Made by a program: the position numbers and the translations under genes
NCBI GenBank assembly: GCA_963719505.1
Contig: CAVRCF010000001.1
Coordinates: 96,001 to 160,000 of the forward strand
Source: Halobacteriovoraceae bacterium
GTDB taxonomy: Bacteria > Bdellovibrionota > Bacteriovoracia > Bacteriovoracales > Bacteriovoracaceae
DNA: 64,000 bases
Direction of reading: 5' to 3'
The notes under the pieces: generated by a model
Database searches by the model: none
The model's input: only the letters and a program-made list of their open reading frames with translations
What the model was told of the DNA's origin: nothing
Part shown: positions 58,476 to 64,000 of the stretch, in pieces
Layout: every line of letters starts with the position of its first letter
Position numbering within the stretch: position 1 is the stretch's first letter

Positions 58476-59102
58476 TTAAATCTTTTTGATATTGGTATTT
58501 GGAGGCGCAGTAAAGTTAAATTCAGACTTCTCTAACTTCGCCTTGGTATCCATGCTTTTAAAGACAAAAGTTGTAGGGTTTTTCTTTCCAACTTTATAAA
58601 TTTTCATTTTATCAACATTCTCAATTGTGCTCTCGCTAGTGATACTTTTTTTAAACTCAAGCTCTACCAAAGTAATTCCAAGCTGGGCCTGTGCATCTTT
58701 ATTAAAAGTTAACTTTGCATTTTTTTTATTCTTAATCGTCGTATAGATATTATTAGACGTTAGCCCCTTACTAAGAGCATCGAAAATTTTAACATAACAG
58801 TGCTTACTCGAATCCCCCACCGTTAATTCACCTTTTTCGCTTGAATCCCAAGGCGGTGTATAAATCCAAGTCTTATCCTTATTACAAACGTAGACGATGG
58901 CATCATCCTTTAAATTAAAATAAACATTACTTGGAAATAAGTACTTCATCTCAATTGCACTTTTGATGATAGCCCCTTTTTTAGAGGACATCATGACATC
59001 TTGTTGTTCAAGGCTAGCAACGAAGGACTTGGGTAAAAAGTTGGAAGCCATCGCGACTTCCACGATGGCAAAAAATAAGATAAATCCAAAAGTTAATTTC
59101 AT
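58476..59102 (-). CDS. lolA: Outer-membrane lipoprotein carrier LolA family
   Basis: Signal peptide, SFVASLEQ, TWIYTP, FNFTAPPN. Located downstream of smc. Confidence 0.7.
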   Translation of the reverse strand: MKLTFGFILFFAIVEVAMASNFLPKSFVASLEQQDVMMSSKKGAIIKSAIEMKYLFPSNVYFNLKDDAIVYVCNKDKTWIYTPPWDSSEKGELTVGDSSKHCYVKIFDALSKGLTSNNIYTTIKNKKNAKLTFNKDAQAQLGITLVELEFKKSITSESTIENVDKMKIYKVGKKNPTTFVFKSMDTKAKLEKSEFNFTAPPNTNIKKI

Positions 59103-59109
59103 ATAAACC

Positions 59110-62100
59110 TTAGTGAAGTTGAACAGATACTGCTTTGGAAACTCCAGGCTCCTGCATCGTTACACCATAAAGAGTATCGTTCAGTTCCATCGTTTTCTTG
59201 TTATGGGTAATTAAAATAAACTGAGACTCAGAGCTCATCTCTCTGAGAAGTTCGTTAAACCTTCCAACGTTAGCATCATCTAAAGGAGCATCGACCTCAT
59301 CTAAAAGACAAAATGGAGATGGCTTAACAAGAAAGATAGAAAAAATAAGTGAGACGGCTGTCATGGCTTTTTCACCACCACTCATCAGGTTTATTGATTG
59401 CATCTTTTTACCAGGAGGTTTCGCGATAATATCAATCCCACACTCTGTACTATCGATATCACCAACAATATTTAATCTCGCCTCTCCACCACCAAAGATA
59501 ATAGGGAAAACTTTCTCAAACCTCATATTGACTTCATCAAAAGCTTCCTTAAATCTCGACTTAGACTTCTCATCAATATGAGCAATTGCAAGCTCAAGAT
59601 CTTCAAGAGATTTCTTCAATTCGCCTTCTTGAGTTCTTAAGAAATCATGACGAAGTTTTTGTCTGTCGTAGTCTTCAATAGCTTGCCAATTAATTTCACC
59701 TAAGCGATTAAGGTCTGTTTTATATCTTTTGTACTTCTCTTTTGACTCTCTAAGCACAGCTGGAAATCTCTTCTCAAAGGCATAAACTTCTTTTTCAAGT
59801 TCTGTTTGTCCCTCTTCTGTTTCCATAAAGAATATTGAATCGATATTTGTAAGCCCTTCAAGTTCATCAGAATGAAGCTCTAGGTGCTTCATCATCGTCT
59901 CTCTTAGATCAACTCGGTACTTATCAAATCCATCCTTAACGAGGATCTCTTCGTCGATAACGATCTGATCAACTTTCATCGTCAACTCGACATTTGATTT
60001 CTCCACTGTATTGATAGTCTTCGCAAGATCTTTGACTTCATTTTCACGCTCTTGCATACCGGTCAAAAGAGACGTCAATTCATCTCTAACAACATTTAAG
60101 TAGCTCTCTTTCTCACTCATAATATCGGCTTTGTCTTGATTTCCTTCTTCAAGGCTCATGACAGCTTCTTCAGCCTGCTCAATTTCTGTTTGATAATTTT
60201 CAAGCAGCTCCATATTGGTATCAAGTTTAGTTGTATATCTTTCAACTTGTGACTCAGCATCCGTTATTTGAGACTGCAGCCCTTCAACCTGACTTGTAAA
60301 TGTTTTTGCATTCGCTTGAAGCTCAAGAAGTTCACTTCTTTCATCCTCATAACTTGCTCTTAATTCCTCACCAAGCTCTTTCGCTTCAGCAAAAGTCTCA
60401 GATAACATTTCCAGTTTTTCACTGAGAGAGTCTTTTCTATTAACCGTCTCCTCTTCTGTTTCAAGAAGATCAAGCTTCGACTTTGAAATTTCATTTTTAC
60501 GATTATTGAGAATATCAAGTCTTGCTGATGTTCCCCCATAACTAGATTCTTTAGAGTCTAATGTTGATTTGAGAGAGGCAAAGCTTGTTTTATTTATTCC
60601 TAATTCATTTAGCTCAATATCATATTTTTGTTGAAGACTTTCTATTTCACTTGAGAGGGTTTCAAACCTAAGTTCCAAGGCATCAAGCTTTTCTTTTTTT
60701 GTTTCATACTCTTCAGTCAATTCGTTGATAAGGTTATTTCTTTGAACAACTCCTAAGCTTTGATTGTCCTCGCTTCTGGCACTTAAAGAAACTCCACTTA
60801 ATGACTTTGTCACAACAACCTGACCATCAACAGAGATAAGTCCTTTAAACTTAATATCTTTTGAAATTCTTAATGCGGACTCAGGTGATAAGTTATCAGC
60901 AATATAGTAACCGTTAAAGAACTGCGAAAGCTTAGCTTTAAATTCATTATTGTTTATCTTAAGAATATCCTCAATCGCCACAACATTTTCAAGGCCCTTA
61001 AGCTTTAATCTCTCAGCAGTCTCTGGTGTACAAACGACATCCGACTGACCTGGTTGAATAAAGTCAAAAGACTTATCAGTATTGTTTTCGTACCAAGAAG
61101 ATAGGCTCTCACTCTCTCCATCCTTACTTATTAGGGCATCAAATGAATTTTCAAACAGAATCTCTAGGGCTTTGGCGTATCGAGGCTCACATTCTATCAA
61201 ATTACCAAGGATCTCAAAGCTTGTGTTCCCTGTTGTTTCGATAAAGTCTAGGGCACCCTCTTTAACTCCAACACCTGATTTATTAACATCGATAAGTGAC
61301 TGTCTTTTTGAATCAAGTTGAATGACCTCTTTAGATAAAACTCTTAATTCACTATCAACTTCTTTAAACTCAGATTTTTTTGTTGCTAACTCTGACTTCG
61401 TTTTCTCAAAAAGTTCTTCACTACTAAAGAGCTTCTCTTTTGCCGTAGCGACCTCAGAGCGCAAGTTAACCAGCTCATCCGTATGATTCGCCGAACTTTT
61501 CTCAATCTCTTCAATTTCAGCAATAATATCTTCTAAACTTGCAGAGTACTCATCAAGTTTTGATGTATTTCTAAAAACGAGTTGATCAACTTCAGTAAAC
61601 TCAGTTCTTACCTGCTCAAGTTGATTCCCAAGATCAGTGATCTCTTCATTTTTATCGTTTAAGCTCTCTTTTAAGTCTTCAACCTTCTCTTCTAAACTCG
61701 AGAAGTCCATCTCTTCAAAGTTTTGTGATTCAAGATCACTCAGCTTTAATTTTAATTCTTCAAGGCGCTCTTTTCTTTCACTAATATCATTTGTGAGCTC
61801 TTCGTTTTCACGATTTCGAGCTTCAATATGCTTCTCTTTATCAGCTCTGGTATTTTTTAAATGCTTAAGGCGCTCTTCACTTGCGGCCAACTCTTTGGCC
61901 ATTTCATTGTATTCAGCTGAAAGACCGTCGATTCTTTCCATTAGATCTGTTTTTTTAATTCTCTCGTCCTCAAGGGCAAGTTCTAGGGCTTCTTTCTTTA
62001 ATTCAGACTGCTCGAGAGTTGTTCCATTAGACACAAGCGTTCTTCTGGCATTAACGTAGTCCGAAAGAAAATCAAACTCCTTATGGCTATCAACAATAAG

Positions 62101-62796
62101 TCCGTGATGCTTGATTCTGTCTCTTAAGCGCTTAGCCTTTTCAGCTTTTTCAGCTTGCTTCTCAAGAGATTTCAAATTTTTATAAATCTCTGCTTGAAGA
62201 TCACTTAATCTATTGAGGTTCTGTGAGGTTTGTTCAATTTTTTTAAGAGAGTCACGTTTTCTAATTTTGAATTTTGTAATTCCCGCAACTTCTTCAATCA
62301 TCGTTCTTCTCTCTTCAGGTTTTGCCTGAACGAGACGATTGATTTCACCTTGAGCTATAATTGAGTAAGACTTTGCACCAGCCCCTGTATCCATAAACAC
62401 TTCGTGAATATCTTTAAGTCTAGCTGGAAGCCCATTGATTCTATATTCAGTCTCACCATTTCGGTAAAGCTTTCTTGTGAGTGCAATTTCACTTGGTTTT
62501 GTGACTTGGTTTCCAATATGGATGTGCTTGCCAGTGTTGTTCTCTAAAACAAGAGTCACTTCAGCAAAGGAGCCCGGTGTATATTTTGATGATCCCGCAA
62601 AGATGAGATCCTTCATCTTGTTTCCACGAAGATGCTTTGCTGATTGCTCTCCCATGACCCAAAATAGAGCATCAACAATATTCGATTTCCCACAACCATT
62701 GGGACCGACGATACCAGTGATGCCATCATCAAATTGAATTGTTGTTTTATCTTTAAAAGATTTAAATCCCTGTAAGTTTAGACGTAGTAATTTCAT
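59110..62796 (-). CDS. smc: Chromosome segregation protein SMC
   Basis: GFKSF, GPNGCGKSN, coiled coils, MSGGEK, LLDEVDAPLD, ITH. Confidence 0.97.
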   Translation of the reverse strand: MKLLRLNLQGFKSFKDKTTIQFDDGITGIVGPNGCGKSNIVDALFWVMGEQSAKHLRGNKMKDLIFAGSSKYTPGSFAEVTLVLENNTGKHIHIGNQVTKPSEIALTRKLYRNGETEYRINGLPARLKDIHEVFMDTGAGAKSYSIIAQGEINRLVQAKPEERRTMIEEVAGITKFKIRKRDSLKKIEQTSQNLNRLSDLQAEIYKNLKSLEKQAEKAEKAKRLRDRIKHHGLIVDSHKEFDFLSDYVNARRTLVSNGTTLEQSELKKEALELALEDERIKKTDLMERIDGLSAEYNEMAKELAASEERLKHLKNTRADKEKHIEARNRENEELTNDISERKERLEELKLKLSDLESQNFEEMDFSSLEEKVEDLKESLNDKNEEITDLGNQLEQVRTEFTEVDQLVFRNTSKLDEYSASLEDIIAEIEEIEKSSANHTDELVNLRSEVATAKEKLFSSEELFEKTKSELATKKSEFKEVDSELRVLSKEVIQLDSKRQSLIDVNKSGVGVKEGALDFIETTGNTSFEILGNLIECEPRYAKALEILFENSFDALISKDGESESLSSWYENNTDKSFDFIQPGQSDVVCTPETAERLKLKGLENVVAIEDILKINNNEFKAKLSQFFNGYYIADNLSPESALRISKDIKFKGLISVDGQVVVTKSLSGVSLSARSEDNQSLGVVQRNNLINELTEEYETKKEKLDALELRFETLSSEIESLQQKYDIELNELGINKTSFASLKSTLDSKESSYGGTSARLDILNNRKNEISKSKLDLLETEEETVNRKDSLSEKLEMLSETFAEAKELGEELRASYEDERSELLELQANAKTFTSQVEGLQSQITDAESQVERYTTKLDTNMELLENYQTEIEQAEEAVMSLEEGNQDKADIMSEKESYLNVVRDELTSLLTGMQERENEVKDLAKTINTVEKSNVELTMKVDQIVIDEEILVKDGFDKYRVDLRETMMKHLELHSDELEGLTNIDSIFFMETEEGQTELEKEVYAFEKRFPAVLRESKEKYKRYKTDLNRLGEINWQAIEDYDRQKLRHDFLRTQEGELKKSLEDLELAIAHIDEKSKSRFKEAFDEVNMRFEKVFPIIFGGGEARLNIVGDIDSTECGIDIIAKPPGKKMQSINLMSGGEKAMTAVSLIFSIFLVKPSPFCLLDEVDAPLDDANVGRFNELLREMSSESQFILITHNKKTMELNDTLYGVTMQEPGVSKAVSVQLH

Positions 62797-62940
62797 ACGA
62801 TCTTGTCCCTCTCATAATGTCTTTTGCGTTGTGTGTGTGACGTTCATTTTCCCAATAAAACCTACCGATTGTCTAGGTTTTATCGGGCAAAAGAGAGACT
62901 TTAACAGATTGAAATAATTGATATTTCTTTGAATTACTTA

Positions 62941-63879
62941 TTAGGACAGAAGAGCTTGAAGCTTTCTATCTAGCTGCGGTAAGTCATCCAGTCGTATAAT
63001 GCCATCTTGCATTAAAGGCTTGGTGAAATGTTGCATTCCCCCAATCCACAGTTCACAGTCAGATTTTAGACCGGAACGAACATTGGTGAAGTATTCCTCT
63101 AAGAATTCCAAGTTTGAATTTTGAAACATCGTACTGACTCCCATGAGCAGGATATCAGCACCTATTTGATTGCTAGCTTCACTAAGAGCATCCCAAGGCA
63201 TATTTGCCCCAAGGTAGATGAATTTAATATTGTAGTTTGCACAAAGAAGGGCTGAGATCAAAATACCAAATTCATGCAACTCTCCCTCTGGTGTTGCCAA
63301 AACAATGGACTTGGTTCGCGCCATCTTTGAACCTATTTGCTTATAAAGAATACTTCCAGAGTGAAACTTTATGATCGCACTCATGGCATGTTCTTGAGCA
63401 ATGGTTAACTCTCCACTATAGACCATCTTTCCCACTTCACCCAAAAGAGGAACCAGAAGCTTTAAAGAGAAGTCCCTTGCATCTAATGATTTTTTAACTT
63501 TTTCCATTTCATGAGAGATAATATCCAGCTTGAATCCGCGCAAAGCCATCAGAAGGTTCTTTAATACTGCACTAACATCAATATCACTTTTTTCCACCGA
63601 AGCTTCAGGGGCTTGTTCACCATACTTTTTAGAGAGTCCCTCAAGAGTCGCAATATCTAACGAAGCGACATCACTAATAGAATTTCCCATTTGAACGAGT
63701 TCAGTTAAAAGCTTTAACTTCTTAATATTTTCCTGAGAGTAAAGCCTTTTTCCTTTTGGATTTCGTCGAGGTACAACAGCGTCATAACGCTTTTCCCAGG
63801 CTCTCAAAGTATGGGAGCTGATGCCTGTTACTTTTGAGACAAATTGAATAGAGAATCCTGTATCTTCCATTGGGGCCAC
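62941..63879 (-). CDS. MerR-family regulator with cobalamin-binding domain (CarH/LitR-like)
   Basis: TLRAWEKRY HTH, QEH, GELHEFG, YLGANMP. Start may be ATG 63870. Confidence 0.85.
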   Translation of the reverse strand: MAPMEDTGFSIQFVSKVTGISSHTLRAWEKRYDAVVPRRNPKGKRLYSQENIKKLKLLTELVQMGNSISDVASLDIATLEGLSKKYGEQAPEASVEKSDIDVSAVLKNLLMALRGFKLDIISHEMEKVKKSLDARDFSLKLLVPLLGEVGKMVYSGELTIAQEHAMSAIIKFHSGSILYKQIGSKMARTKSIVLATPEGELHEFGILISALLCANYNIKFIYLGANMPWDALSEASNQIGADILLMGVSTMFQNSNLEFLEEYFTNVRSGLKSDCELWIGGMQHFTKPLMQDGIIRLDDLPQLDRKLQALLS

Positions 63880-64000
63880 TTTTAGTGATTTTTTATATCT
63901 GTTTTGTAGAGTTTATAATAACAAAAATCTAATTTTTTGTCAGTCTAAAAGCTATGTTAAGATGGTGTCATGAAAAACTTTGACTATTTACAACGAAATA

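Noticed and set aside
1015..62737. Numerous 60-140 aa ORFs nested in or antisense to long genes
   Set aside because: They overlap well-supported CDSs and lack motifs or RBS, so they are treated as shadow ORFs.
59110..62796. SMC as part of a Wadjet/MksBEF or Lamassu defence system
   Set aside because: It has canonical housekeeping SMC head motifs and length, with no jetABD or effector genes adjacent.
62880..62903. Sigma28-like promoter upstream of smc (TAAAG...CCCGATAA on the minus strand)
   Set aside because: The spacer is only 12 nt versus 15-16 in the other candidates, so it was not called as a feature.

Overview
AT-rich bacterial chromosomal window. The gene mix (many secreted hypotheticals and peptidases, divergent upp/aroA/smc, sigma54- and sigma28-like promoters) suggests a predatory Bdellovibrionota of the Bacteriovorax/Halobacteriovorax type; this is an inference, not a database result. 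Most of it is backbone: upp, thiolase, apt, tlyA, dapF, dbpA, truA, aroA/aroB, RND+TolC, rnpB, mutY, lolA, smc and two MoxR-type AAA operons. An accessory zone centres on a tRNA(CAT) gene at 25950-26026. Upstream of the tRNA is a ~8.7 kb, heavily frameshifted surface-glycosylation island bracketed by two nested direct repeats, one duplicating part of the tRNA promoter. Downstream are a highly structured ~190 bp element that reuses the tRNA T-arm sequence, an orphan phage Rha gene and a truncated metallopeptidase. Notable non-coding signals are a compact RNase P RNA lacking P13/P14, an unannotated structured RNA plus terminator at 8984-9113, three CsrA-type ANGGA hairpins behind a pentapeptide-repeat gene that shares a palindromic operator with a divergent XRE regulator, and several sigma28-like promoters that appear to give leaderless mRNAs. 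No CRISPR array, integrase, transposase or rRNA was seen.
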